Source of the DNA: an uncultured Gammaproteobacteria bacterium
GTDB taxonomy: Bacteria; Patescibacteriota; Patescibacteriia; UBA1558; GWA2-36-10
DNA: 64,000 nucleotides
Assembly: GCA_964424615.1 (NCBI GenBank)
Contig: CAYRIU010000046.1
Span: forward strand, 525-64,524
Direction of reading: 5' to 3'
In this document: in pieces, positions 55,067 to 64,000 of the stretch
Layout of the letters: the number at the start of each line of letters is the position of its first letter
Numbering within the stretch: the first letter of the stretch is position 1
Program-made: the position numbers and the translations under genes
Notes under the pieces: model-generated
The model's database searches: none
Seen by the model: only the letters and a program-made list of their open reading frames with translations
What the model was told of the DNA's origin: nothing

Positions 55067-56578
55067 TCAAAATTTAAAAATAGTTTGCTCTCTATCTGGC
55101 CCCACAGAAATGACCTGTATCTGCCCACCAGTATACTGCTCTATAAATTCTACTATAGTCTTGATAGGCTGTGGCAAATTTTCATAATCTGCAATCTCAG
55201 AGATAGCTGATTGCCAACCAGCAAATTCTTTGTATATCGGCTCACAATGATAAAGTATTTCTGAAAAGCGTGGGAAAAAATCTATACTCTGACCAGTTTT
55301 GAGCTCTTGTCCAGCATAAAAGATATCTGGACCATTATACTTATATGCCACTGCTAATTTTATTGTGGAAAATTTATCTAATACATCTACCTTGGTCAAA
55401 GTAATACTAGGCCCATTATACTGCATAGCATACTTGAGGGCGACCAAGTCTAACCAACCATTCCTTCTGGTGCGACCAGTGGTAGCACCATACTCATCGC
55501 CCAACAAACGTACAGCTATACCTAGTTTGAACTGATCGTCGCCAACTAAATATTCCTCCACTCTACTGCCGTGTTCGACTTTTTCTTGCTCTTTGGTAAT
55601 GCCTCGAGAGCAATACTCCTCACTTATACTGCCACCAAATTCTGTAGGAAATGGTCCATTGCCAACTCTGGTCATATAAAAAGCTTTGGCAATACCAAAA
55701 ACATGATCCACATCACCCTCCCTCAAGCCAGCACCGCGAGCTAAGCCATCAATAGTACAATCTGAAGAAGTCTGAAACTTGGTAGTACCAAAGTCAATGC
55801 TAAGTAAGGTGCCTTGCGCTCCCTCTAATAAAATATTTTTGCCACTTGAAAGAGAGTCTCTTACAAAACTCTCAAGATCTATCACGTGTGGCTTGAGCCT
55901 ATTGGCAAAATCACCAGTGTACTTCTCCACTATAGCTTCCACATCCAAAACATTTTCCGGATGAAAATATATTCCTGAGCCCAAATGTGGATGCGCCAAA
56001 ACCTCCTTGGCCATATCTTTGTCCAAAGTAGCTAAAATATTTTTTTTGCTCTCTAGATACTTGGTTAATTTTTCTCTGAATATTTCTGGATTAAAAATAT
56101 CATTGAGAAATAAGGAGTGACGAGCAGTGTAGTCAGTATAGAGAGGTCCGATGCCACGACCAGTTGTGCCGATCTTTTGAACTTTGTCTCCCATGCGGTC
56201 AATCAAAATATGATATGGCAAGACCAACGGTGCTTGGTGACTTATTTTCAAATATTTGATTGATAGGCCAGCATTTTCTAAAACACCCATCTCATCTATC
56301 ACTGCCTGAGGATCAAAAGCTACGCCCCGACCAATAATATTTATCTTGCTACCACTATCATGTAAAATGCCAGATGGTAAAAGATGAAAAATATGTTTCT
56401 GACCATTGACCACTATGGTATGACCAGCATTGGCCCCACCAGTACCACGGATGATAATATCTGCCCAGGTCGATAAGAGGTCGACCAATTTACCCTTGCC
56501 CGTATCACCCCACTGATTACAGACTACTGCTACACAATGCTTATCGCTCAAAAATTTGTTCAATAAATCTTGCCGCAT
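55067..56578 (-). CDS. purA: Adenylosuccinate synthetase (long form with insertions).
   Basis: GDTGKGK P-loop, GTTGRGIGP, TKVDVLD motifs. Confidence 0.85.
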   Translation of the reverse strand: MRQDLLNKFLSDKHCVAVVCNQWGDTGKGKLVDLLSTWADIIIRGTGGANAGHTIVVNGQKHIFHLLPSGILHDSGSKINIIGRGVAFDPQAVIDEMGVLENAGLSIKYLKISHQAPLVLPYHILIDRMGDKVQKIGTTGRGIGPLYTDYTARHSLFLNDIFNPEIFREKLTKYLESKKNILATLDKDMAKEVLAHPHLGSGIYFHPENVLDVEAIVEKYTGDFANRLKPHVIDLESFVRDSLSSGKNILLEGAQGTLLSIDFGTTKFQTSSDCTIDGLARGAGLREGDVDHVFGIAKAFYMTRVGNGPFPTEFGGSISEEYCSRGITKEQEKVEHGSRVEEYLVGDDQFKLGIAVRLLGDEYGATTGRTRRNGWLDLVALKYAMQYNGPSITLTKVDVLDKFSTIKLAVAYKYNGPDIFYAGQELKTGQSIDFFPRFSEILYHCEPIYKEFAGWQSAISEIADYENLPQPIKTIVEFIEQYTGGQIQVISVGPDREQTIFKF

Positions 56579-56781
56579 AATTTTTTAGATAATAATCAAC
56601 TTAAGTAGTATAACAAAATATAAAATAAAAAACAGCTACCCAAACTAGCAATTTTATATCTCTTGGTTATTTTTATGATTTAGGCTATAATACTAAAGAT
56701 GTACAAAAAATTGCACAAAAGACATTTGTACCCTAGTCTGAATATCAGACTTTTATTTTTTCAAAAAATACTTAGTTTACC

Positions 56782-56810
56782 AATATCCCGTCATTGACGG
56801 GATATTTTTT
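56782..56810 (+). terminator. Intrinsic terminator-like hairpin (ATATCCCGTCATTGACGGGATAT plus T7) in the purA upstream region.
   Basis: Palindrome plus T-run; no obvious upstream plus-strand gene. Confidence 0.3.
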
Positions 56811-56869
56811 TAGTCTTTTTTATGAAACTCCTAAACTAGCTCACCCCCCCTACCACTGGAGGCTTAGTC

Positions 56870-57085
56870 ATGAAGCAGGTCGTTCTTTTCAAGCGTCAGG
56901 TCACCATCAAAGGATTCACTTTCCAGGCTCAGGAGGACTATAGTTTTCAAATCGTCACTCTGCAAGACACCAAGTGGCTCTATTACCAGCGTCAAAAAAT
57001 CATGACTCTCAGTCTGTTTGCGGTGCTGTTTGTAGACCAAGGACACGCTCAATGGATTGACGATGAAAAATATCGGGTAGCCTGA
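56870..57085 (+). CDS. Hypothetical 71-aa protein in a GC-rich mini-cassette (GGAGG SD, own terminator).
   Basis: SD CTGGAGGC 8 nt upstream. A terminator CCGCCCAACCCTTGGTCAAGGGTTGGGCGG follows at 57086-57125. Richer in GC than the flanks. Confidence 0.4.
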   Translation: MKQVVLFKRQVTIKGFTFQAQEDYSFQIVTLQDTKWLYYQRQKIMTLSLFAVLFVDQGHAQWIDDEKYRVA

Positions 57086-57143
57086 CAAAAACCGCCCAAC
57101 CCTTGGTCAAGGGTTGGGCGGTACCAAATGTAAAACTATTTCT

Positions 57144-57551
57144 CTAAAAAATTCCGTGCTGATTAAAATACTCAGAGTATTCCATATCAGTTTTGATAAT
57201 GTGATTGGTCCACCAATTTTTCAAAAAATTGAAAATATCTTCTATCATTTGAACATCTAATCTCTCTGAGGCTGCTGTTTTTAATTCTACTAATTTATCT
57301 TTATATGCATTATGCTGCTTGATATGAAAATCTTTATCTGGATATGCTGTAGACTCAAAAAAATCTTCCTCCGTCTTAAAATGATAGATTGAATAATCCT
57401 CAATCTCCCCTAAAATCATAGCCACCTGTTCTTTGTAGTCTTGGGATTTTTCAAAAGACTGTAGTCTATTCATCAAATCAAAAATATTTTGATGTTGTGA
57501 ATCTATTTTTTTAATATTAACAGAGTAAATTTCCTTCCATTCTAATGACAT
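57144..57551 (-). CDS. Bacteriohemerythrin (HHE cation-binding domain).
   Basis: WKEIYSVNIKKIDSQHQNIF...H...EE...H...H...WWTNHI pattern of hemerythrin. Confidence 0.7.
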   Translation of the reverse strand: MSLEWKEIYSVNIKKIDSQHQNIFDLMNRLQSFEKSQDYKEQVAMILGEIEDYSIYHFKTEEDFFESTAYPDKDFHIKQHNAYKDKLVELKTAASERLDVQMIEDIFNFLKNWWTNHIIKTDMEYSEYFNQHGIF

Positions 57552-57820
57552 AATGGTATGGTTAATTATTCTATATAAAAAAATACCCTACAAAAATAAG
57601 GTATTCTAAAATGTTAATCAATTTTATTTCTTGTGTCTTTTAGCGGCTTTGGCCTCTAGCATCAATCTCTTGATTTCCAATCTTTTCTTAGTTTTTTTGG
57701 AACGAGACTTTTGTCTAGGACCACCGACTGCGATTCTTTGCATATAGATTCTTTTACTTATACTTAATAGCCATACTATACATGATTATCAGAATAAAAT
57801 CAAGATGCTAGCCAGCCATT

Positions 57821-58648
57821 TTAATCATCGTCGCTCCTGTCTGTCCTACTATTTTGCTCTGATGGTGTATTGTCGGTATTGAAATTATTGTTGAGATTGT
57901 TGGGCAAATATTTTCTTTGCTCACTACGATCATTGTTTTGGTTTAGCTCATTATCTTTGGGAGCCACTCGAATATGCACATCACGATCTCTATCAAGCAC
58001 CTGATCATATTTATTTATAGCCTTTTTAGCTTCATCAACTTTTTTGACCATATCTTCGTTGTCCTTGATGACATTGCTGATATCATCCAAATATTTGACC
58101 ATGACTTCTTGCTTCTTTTTCAAGGCATCCTTGGTCTTTTGAGAATTTTTGGTATTATCTATTTTTTGTGAAGTCTCCACAGCTGAGTCAAAATTATTTA
58201 CTGCTTCATTGATACTTTGTTCAATATTATTATTTAATTGGTGTTGCTGATCACTTTCTGATGTGTCATTGTGCTCGGCCAAATTCAAAGCTTCTTTCAA
58301 GCGACGCTCTGAGAGCTTGTTCAAAGTATCTACCTTGGCAGCATTACTCAAAGATAGTTGCTGTTCTACATTCTCAATGGTTTTTTTCAAGGGATAAAAG
58401 GTGTGTCCAGGTGCTATATGATCATTGTTGACCGCATACACAGCTGTACTACCCAAAACGACAAAAACAGCCAAGGCATTCAAGGATATCTTACTCAATA
58501 AAGAATGGGGGTGAAAAAAATATTGACCAATTTTTTGTAAATTTTGTGTAAAAATAAAACTATAGATTTTGAACTTAATTTTAAAATCAGCTTTTTTGCT
58601 CAGTTCAAATCTTGGTAATTGTGATAATTTTTTTTCTAAATCTTCCAT
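57821..58648 (-). CDS. Membrane-anchored coiled-coil protein, putative anti-sigma factor for the adjacent ECF sigma.
   Basis: Directly downstream of a sigma gene (2-nt gap). One TM; long charged coiled-coil. Confidence 0.35.
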   Translation of the reverse strand: MEDLEKKLSQLPRFELSKKADFKIKFKIYSFIFTQNLQKIGQYFFHPHSLLSKISLNALAVFVVLGSTAVYAVNNDHIAPGHTFYPLKKTIENVEQQLSLSNAAKVDTLNKLSERRLKEALNLAEHNDTSESDQQHQLNNNIEQSINEAVNNFDSAVETSQKIDNTKNSQKTKDALKKKQEVMVKYLDDISNVIKDNEDMVKKVDEAKKAINKYDQVLDRDRDVHIRVAPKDNELNQNNDRSEQRKYLPNNLNNNFNTDNTPSEQNSRTDRSDDD

Positions 58649-58649
58649 A

Positions 58650-59162
58650 TTATCTATCTAATATTTCTCTTAACTTACTCAAGGCTCGACTCATCTTGGT
58701 GCGTATAGCTCCTTCATCTTTTTCTAGCAAGTAGGCAATTTCTGAATTTGAGAAATCATTCACAAAGCGTAATAATAATATTTCTCTATCGCTATCGGAC
58801 ATGGTGTTGATGATGCTCATCACTCGGTCCAGCTCTTGTTTTTGGTCTACTTGATCAATCTCTTGCTTGGTTACAAATTGATCCTCCAGGAGCTCTGTCT
58901 CTCTATGGGCTACTCTATAGTGATTGACCAGATGGTTGTGAGCAATGGTAAAAATCCATGATTGAAATGACCTGGTGTCATCAAAGCCATCAAAATGCTT
59001 CAAAGCCTTCAAAAAAACCTCAGAAGTCAAATCTTCAGCTACAGTATGGTTAAAATTGACTCTATATAAAAAATAGACAAAAACCTTGTTTTTATACTGT
59101 TCATAATAGCCTGTAAAGCTACTTTTTGACTCTGTCATAAATACTATACAAATATAGGGCAA
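58650..59162 (-). CDS. ECF-type sigma-70 family sigma factor.
   Basis: Region 2 (LTSEVFLKALKHF...FQSWIFTIAHNHLVNHYR) and region 4 (ILLLRFVNDFSNSEIAYLL). Confidence 0.75.
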   Translation of the reverse strand: MPYICIVFMTESKSSFTGYYEQYKNKVFVYFLYRVNFNHTVAEDLTSEVFLKALKHFDGFDDTRSFQSWIFTIAHNHLVNHYRVAHRETELLEDQFVTKQEIDQVDQKQELDRVMSIINTMSDSDREILLLRFVNDFSNSEIAYLLEKDEGAIRTKMSRALSKLREILDR

Positions 59163-59285
59163 TAATGTTTCACCCCCACTAAAAGGCTATTATAGCAAAA
59201 TTTATACCTTTGTCTAAGGATGTAACAAAATGGTAATAGCTTTGTATTAATTTATATCAAGCTAATTATTAAAACAAAAAAGCTT

Positions 59286-60533
59286 ATGAAAAAAATACTC
59301 GGTATATTGGCGATGATGATAATCGTCGTCTCCACGATTGCCTTGGCTCGTACAGCTGAAGCTACTAGCTATACCCTAGCCCAAGTGCAAACTCATAATA
59401 CTAGTACTGATTGCTGGACAATCATCAACAACAAAGTCTACAACCTCACTAGCTATATTAGCTCACACCCTGGCGGATCAAGCGCCATAATCTCTCTCTG
59501 TGGCACTAATGGCACGAGTGCTTTTACAGCTCAACACTCTGGCAATACCAACGCCAACAATACTGTAGCTAGTTACTATATCGGTGACCTGAGCATTCCA
59601 GATACTAGCGCTCCTAGCATACCAACGAATCTAGCTGCTACTCCAATATCACCAAGTCAAATTAATTTAAACTGGACAGCAGCTACTGATAATGTCGCTG
59701 TCACTGGCTACGCTATTTTCAGAGATGGCAATGAGCTAGCCACAACTACTCTGACAAATTTTCAGAACACTGGTCTGACTGCCTCTACTACCTACAGCTA
59801 TCTAGTCAAAGCCTACGATGCCGCTGGTAATAGATCAGCCAGCTCAACACCAATCACTGCTACTACATTAGCCACCTCTACTGATGCCACAGCTCCATCG
59901 ACGCCAATGAATTTATCAGCTAGCGTCATTTCTGCCTCCCAGATTAATCTCAACTGGTCAAGCTCCACTGATAATATCGCTGTCACTGGCTACGCTATTT
60001 TCAAAGATGGTGTAGAAATAGCTAATGTCACCACTAACAGCTATAGCAATGTGGGTCTTACTGCTTCTACTACTTATGCCTATACTGTCAAAGCCTACGA
60101 TGCCGCTGGCAATAGATCATCCAGCTCTAACACTGTCTCGGCTACTACCCTAGCTAGCTCTACAGACACAACTAGTCCAACTGCACCACAAAAATTGAAA
60201 GCTCACCTAATATCTTATAAACATGTCAATCTGGAATGGAAAAAATCTAAAGATAATAAAAAAGTAGTGGCTTATAAAATTTTTCGAGATGGTGTAGAAA
60301 TCGCTACTGTCAAAAAAAATCACTACAATGACATCGGTCTCACTGCTGCTACTACCTACACCTACACTGTCAAAGCAGTAGACCAAGCTGGTAATCTATC
60401 TGCTGCTTCCAATACCTTGACTGTGACTACTAGAGCCAAAAAGGTCAAAGAAAACAAACCTCAGCATGAAAATGAGCATGAGGACAAAGATAAAAATAAT
60501 AACGAATCAAAAAATAAATCTAAAAAAGATTAA
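59286..60533 (+). CDS. Secreted protein: N-terminal cytochrome b5-like domain followed by three fibronectin type-III repeats and a basic tail.
   Basis: Signal peptide; HPGG b5 motif; three about 85-aa repeats of P...NL.A...S...I.L.W....DN.AVTGY.IF.DG......T.......GL.ASTTY.Y.VKAYDAAGN.S. Confidence 0.6.
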   Translation: MKKILGILAMMIIVVSTIALARTAEATSYTLAQVQTHNTSTDCWTIINNKVYNLTSYISSHPGGSSAIISLCGTNGTSAFTAQHSGNTNANNTVASYYIGDLSIPDTSAPSIPTNLAATPISPSQINLNWTAATDNVAVTGYAIFRDGNELATTTLTNFQNTGLTASTTYSYLVKAYDAAGNRSASSTPITATTLATSTDATAPSTPMNLSASVISASQINLNWSSSTDNIAVTGYAIFKDGVEIANVTTNSYSNVGLTASTTYAYTVKAYDAAGNRSSSSNTVSATTLASSTDTTSPTAPQKLKAHLISYKHVNLEWKKSKDNKKVVAYKIFRDGVEIATVKKNHYNDIGLTAATTYTYTVKAVDQAGNLSAASNTLTVTTRAKKVKENKPQHENEHEDKDKNNNESKNKSKKD

Positions 60534-60693
60534 AATATAGACAAACAGAGTCAAAATTTACTTACATAAAAACAGCTTCCTCAGTGGAGCTGTTTTTATC
60601 ACCTAGGCAAAACTGGATCAGCTGCTAGGCTACCCAAAGTCGATATAATAGTGTAGAATACAGGATACTTAATTTACATAAACTAATTTATAT

Positions 60694-62040
60694 ATGGAAG
60701 AAAATATACTCACCACCAAACCCATACCAGCTTTGATCAGACAAATAGCCATCCCTGCTAGTATCGGTTTCTTTTTTAATACTATGTACAATGTAGTAGA
60801 TACCTACTATGGCAGTATGATATCTACTCAAGCTGTCGCTGCTATGTCTTTGTCTTTTCCTGTCTTTTTTGTAATCATAGCTATGGGCTCTGGCATATCC
60901 ACGGGAACTAGCGCTCTCATATCACATGCTCTAGGTGAAGGAAAAAAAGATGAGGCTAAAAAATACCTTAGCCAAGCCATAGTATTTACTGTCTTGATAT
61001 CTATAATACTAACTATCCTTGGCTGGCTCAGTGGCACATTCTTAGCAACACTACTGGGCGCTACTGGAGAATACTTGACTATGACATTAAGCTACATCAA
61101 TGTCATATTTGGTGGCGTAGTACTTTTTGCTCTGTCTTTTGTCCTCAATGCTAGTTTGACTTCGCAAGGTGATACTAAAACTTTTAGAAATTTTTTGATC
61201 TTTGGTTTTTTCTTGAACCTAATATTAGATCCTTGGTTTATGTCCGGTGGCTTTGGCTTGCCGGCACTAGGCTTGCCAGGCTTGGCCTATGCCACTTTAG
61301 TCGTACAGCTATTCAGTGTCATGTATATGGGCTACAAGTCTATCAAAAGCGGTATCTTGTGTAAAAATTGCTGGTCTATGTTTAAACCAGAGAAAAAATA
61401 TTTTACTCAAATCAGCCAACAAGCTTTCCCAGCTTCACTCAATATGATGACCATGGCTATTGGTATTTTTATCATCACTTATTTTATATCCTCCTACGGC
61501 AAAGAGGCCGTGGCCGCCTATGGTATTGCTACACGCGTTGATCAAATATTTTTACTACCGACTATAGGACTCAATATTGCTAGTCTGACTCTCATCGGTC
61601 AAAACAATGGCGCCAAAAAATATGACCGCGTCAGAGAGGCCTACCACAAAAATCTAAAATATGGATTTGGGACAATAGTAATAGGCATGACTTTGGTCCT
61701 ACTATTTGCCAAATACTTGATGCAATTTTTTTCCCACGATCCTATGGTCATAAATACTGGCGTTCATTATCTCAAAATTTCTGCTTTTACTTATTTTACC
61801 TACATGATATTGTCCATATCAATTTCGGCTTTGCAGGGCTTGAAAAAACCAACCTTTGCAATCTGGGTGGGATTGTATAGACAACTCCTGGCACCAGCTG
61901 TGATATTTTGGCTACTAGCCAAAGTACTGGGTTGGGGCTTATCTGGTATCTGGTGGGGAATTTTTCTCATCAATTGGTCGGCAGCAATTTTCACATTACT
62001 TTATACCAGACGATATCTGAAACATAAACTAGCTAACTAA
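60694..62040 (+). CDS. MATE-family multidrug/oligosaccharidyl-lipid exporter.
   Basis: 12 TM, 448 aa, MATE-like N-terminus (PIPALIRQIAIPASIGFFFNTMYNVVDTYYG). Confidence 0.75.
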   Translation: MEENILTTKPIPALIRQIAIPASIGFFFNTMYNVVDTYYGSMISTQAVAAMSLSFPVFFVIIAMGSGISTGTSALISHALGEGKKDEAKKYLSQAIVFTVLISIILTILGWLSGTFLATLLGATGEYLTMTLSYINVIFGGVVLFALSFVLNASLTSQGDTKTFRNFLIFGFFLNLILDPWFMSGGFGLPALGLPGLAYATLVVQLFSVMYMGYKSIKSGILCKNCWSMFKPEKKYFTQISQQAFPASLNMMTMAIGIFIITYFISSYGKEAVAAYGIATRVDQIFLLPTIGLNIASLTLIGQNNGAKKYDRVREAYHKNLKYGFGTIVIGMTLVLLFAKYLMQFFSHDPMVINTGVHYLKISAFTYFTYMILSISISALQGLKKPTFAIWVGLYRQLLAPAVIFWLLAKVLGWGLSGIWWGIFLINWSAAIFTLLYTRRYLKHKLAN

Positions 62041-62078
62041 AAAAACAACCCCGAAAAATTATCGGGGTTGTTTTTTGT
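62041..62078. terminator. Bidirectional intrinsic terminator (AAAAACAACCCCGAAAAATTATCGGGGTTGTTTTTTG).
   Basis: Hairpin flanked by A/T runs. Confidence 0.55.
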
Positions 62079-62304
62079 CTCAACAATAATAAATCTACAT
62101 CTGTAAAAATCCCATCAACTTGTAAATCAAAAAAGCTGGCCAAAATAAAGCCTTGAAAAAACCAACTACGCCCAACCAAAAAGTAGTAGCATGTTGAATG
62201 TTGTAAACTAAGGCACCTATAAAAGCCAAACCATAAACTCCACTTGATACTCCTCCTTTTTTATTCATAATATAAAAGGTTAATTATAATAAAAAAATTA
62301 TTTA

Positions 62305-62709
62305 TTATTGAGCAAGACAATCTTTAGCTTTCAAAAAATCTACCACACTAGGAGTAGAACCATTAATTATTTCTTTGGTCCTATTTTCCCCTAATTTTTT
62401 GACAAAACAATCTTGCATGGCTGGGGTCAATTCTTGGGGTAAGGACTCTACATTTACACCTATATTTTCCAAAGCTCTTTCCTGATCTGCGCTCAATAAA
62501 GGATTCTTATCAACAGCGACGCCAGTATTGCTTGGCACAATATCGAGTGATGTAGGCACATAACCATTGATATTATTACTCAAATAACTATTAATAATAT
62601 TGGCTACTATACGATTTCTTAAATTCATTGGATTGGTCAAAAATATAATAACCAAACAAACAATCGCTACTAAAATTGCTAGCCATAAAATCCTAATAAT
62701 TTTTTTCAT
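62305..62709 (-). CDS. Hypothetical secreted protein.
   Basis: Signal anchor; 134 aa; two Cys. Confidence 0.3.
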   Translation of the reverse strand: MKKIIRILWLAILVAIVCLVIIFLTNPMNLRNRIVANIINSYLSNNINGYVPTSLDIVPSNTGVAVDKNPLLSADQERALENIGVNVESLPQELTPAMQDCFVKKLGENRTKEIINGSTPSVVDFLKAKDCLAQ

Positions 62710-62738
62710 AATATAAAAAATTAATTATAATAAAGATC

Positions 62739-63374
62739 TTATCTGCTACGTTTAGTTTTGATAATCTCTGACAATATAGGCACTACAGACAATATAATAA
62801 TAGCTATAACGACCAAAGAAAAATTTGCTTTGACTAATGGTATGTTACCAAAAAAATAACCTAGTAATGTAAAGCTAAACACCCACACCAAAGCTCCACT
62901 GATATTGTAAGACAAAAATTTTCTATAATCCATCTTGCCCAAGCCGGCTACAAAAGGAGCAAAAGTCCTGACCACAGGAACAAAACGAGCCAAAAAGATA
63001 GTCTTGCCACCATGCTGTTCATAAAATTGGTGGGTTTTTTGGAGATGCTTTTGGTTGATAGGAAACTTGGGGTGATCAATCAACTTTTGACCAAAATAAT
63101 GCCCAATCCAATAATTGACCGTGTCGCCCACAAAGGCAGCAACCCATAATACAAATAATAAAATCCAAATATTGAAAGAACCAATGGCTGAAAAAGTACC
63201 AGCGGCAAACAATAAAGAATCACCAGGTAAAAATGGTGTCAACACAAAACCAGTTTCCGCAAAAATAATAGCAAACAAGATAATATAGGATGCTATACCA
63301 TAATGACTAATCACCTCACCGAGATGTACGTCAATATGTAAAATAAAACTGACCAAATTAATCAATATATTCAT
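62739..63374 (-). CDS. DedA/TVP38-family membrane protein.
   Basis: F..G.S....G motif region (LPGDSLLFAAGTF), 211 aa, DedA topology. Confidence 0.7.
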   Translation of the reverse strand: MNILINLVSFILHIDVHLGEVISHYGIASYIILFAIIFAETGFVLTPFLPGDSLLFAAGTFSAIGSFNIWILLFVLWVAAFVGDTVNYWIGHYFGQKLIDHPKFPINQKHLQKTHQFYEQHGGKTIFLARFVPVVRTFAPFVAGLGKMDYRKFLSYNISGALVWVFSFTLLGYFFGNIPLVKANFSLVVIAIIILSVVPILSEIIKTKRSR

Positions 63375-63452
63375 AAAAAAATATTGTAAGAATACTTCTA
63401 TTATACCAAAAAATCACTTCTTAGCGAAGTGATTTTTATACCACATTATAAA

Positions 63453-63968
63453 CTAATTACCTTGCCTACGACGCCCACCTTGCATATCTGTGCCCTGCTC
63501 ATTGGCAGAATTAATAATTTGACTATATGTATCATTTGTCAAATATTGTGGTTGATAATCATGGCCCTGATTTTGCATATTACGTACAAAAGCGCGTAAA
63601 TGATTACGGGAACCACGCATTAAATTATCATAAATAAGCTGAATGTCTGCTTTATCTGTTTGTTTGAGTCTCTTTTCTAAATCTAAAATATCAATCTCTT
63701 CAACGGCAGCGCCCACCTTCAAGGCATCCACCAAAGAATTAGCCCCTTGCTGAGTTAAATTATTATAAAGCTTCTGTAAATCAGTGTTTACAAAAATACC
63801 ACTATTAGATAAAGTAGTTGGCAAATTAATATCGTATTTCTCTAATAAAGACTTGACAGCACTAACATGAGTGGATTCTCTTTGTCCAATATTACCAAAA
63901 ACCTGCTGATTCCACTTTTGATATAAGAATCCATATACATCTTGAGCCAATTTTTCCTCTTCTACCAT
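63453..63968 (-). CDS. Ferritin-like/DUF2202-type four-helix-bundle protein.
   Basis: Paired E..H-like helical repeats; 171 aa; Gln/Gly-rich tail. Confidence 0.35.
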   Translation of the reverse strand: MVEEEKLAQDVYGFLYQKWNQQVFGNIGQRESTHVSAVKSLLEKYDINLPTTLSNSGIFVNTDLQKLYNNLTQQGANSLVDALKVGAAVEEIDILDLEKRLKQTDKADIQLIYDNLMRGSRNHLRAFVRNMQNQGHDYQPQYLTNDTYSQIINSANEQGTDMQGGRRRQGN

Positions 63969-64000
63969 AAATAATAAACCATCCTCTTCTTCTTTACTTA

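Noticed and set aside
57620-57745. 39-aa very basic minus-strand ORF (MQRIAVGGPRQKSRSKKTKKRLEIKRLMLEAKAAKRHKK) in the 57552-57820 intergenic region, possibly a small ribosomal-type protein.
   Set aside because: It is too short and lacks a recognisable family signature (does not match bL32/bL34/bS21 motifs by eye). Noted but not called.

Overview
This window looks like an AT-rich, gene-dense bacterial chromosome, with roughly one third GC by eye. Proteins are short, most native genes lack Shine-Dalgarno sequences, and the gene repertoire and reduced protein sizes fit a Patescibacteria/CPR-like organism. Recognisable genes include tsaC, a leuS interrupted by an in-frame TAG, a LysM/M23 peptidase, msrB, an NRAMP transporter, mgtA, infB-rbfA, nrnA, clpP, the rny-ymdB-hup block, comM, tspO, lspA, a DksA-like protein, pnp, rpsO, a PurD-like protein, a MacAB-HlyD efflux operon, two ECF sigma/anti-sigma pairs, corA, purA, a hemerythrin and a MATE exporter. 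There is also a cluster of six tRNA genes, all with C34 anticodons: Ser-CGA, Leu-CAG, Ala-CGC, Pro-CGG, Gly-CCC and Ile-UAU.

Four things stand out and are not explained by ordinary annotation.

1. Short GC-rich hairpin elements (about 33-40 nt, tandem TCCCGC-N-GCGGGA and CCCCGC-N-GCGGTGG hairpins, plus a related CCGCCA-N-TGGCGG palindrome class) sit precisely inside the T- or D-loops of degenerate tRNA copies that lie next to intact tRNA genes. One related palindrome is inserted in-frame inside a recombinase ORF, and another sits in a structured intergenic element.

2. At least six small GC-rich cassettes are embedded in the AT-rich background. Each has its own promoter, strong SD, ORF and terminator. 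One is a tandem array of three small hydrophobic, basic-tailed peptides with palindromic operator-like sites, next to a tyrosine recombinase. This looks like an array of type I toxin-like or holin-like peptides.

3. A stand-alone class-1 OLD-family ATPase/TOPRIM nuclease is present and is a candidate anti-phage defence gene.

4. leuS carries an in-frame TAG exactly at the conserved Tyr of the HLLY motif. It splits the enzyme just upstream of KMSKS, the position of the natural alpha/beta split of Aquifex LeuRS.

Other observations: a 58-nt palindrome-containing repeat present twice in inverted orientation, a promoter-to-terminator small RNA candidate upstream of rny, a catalytically degenerate DHH paralogue, and two cytochrome b5-like proteins.
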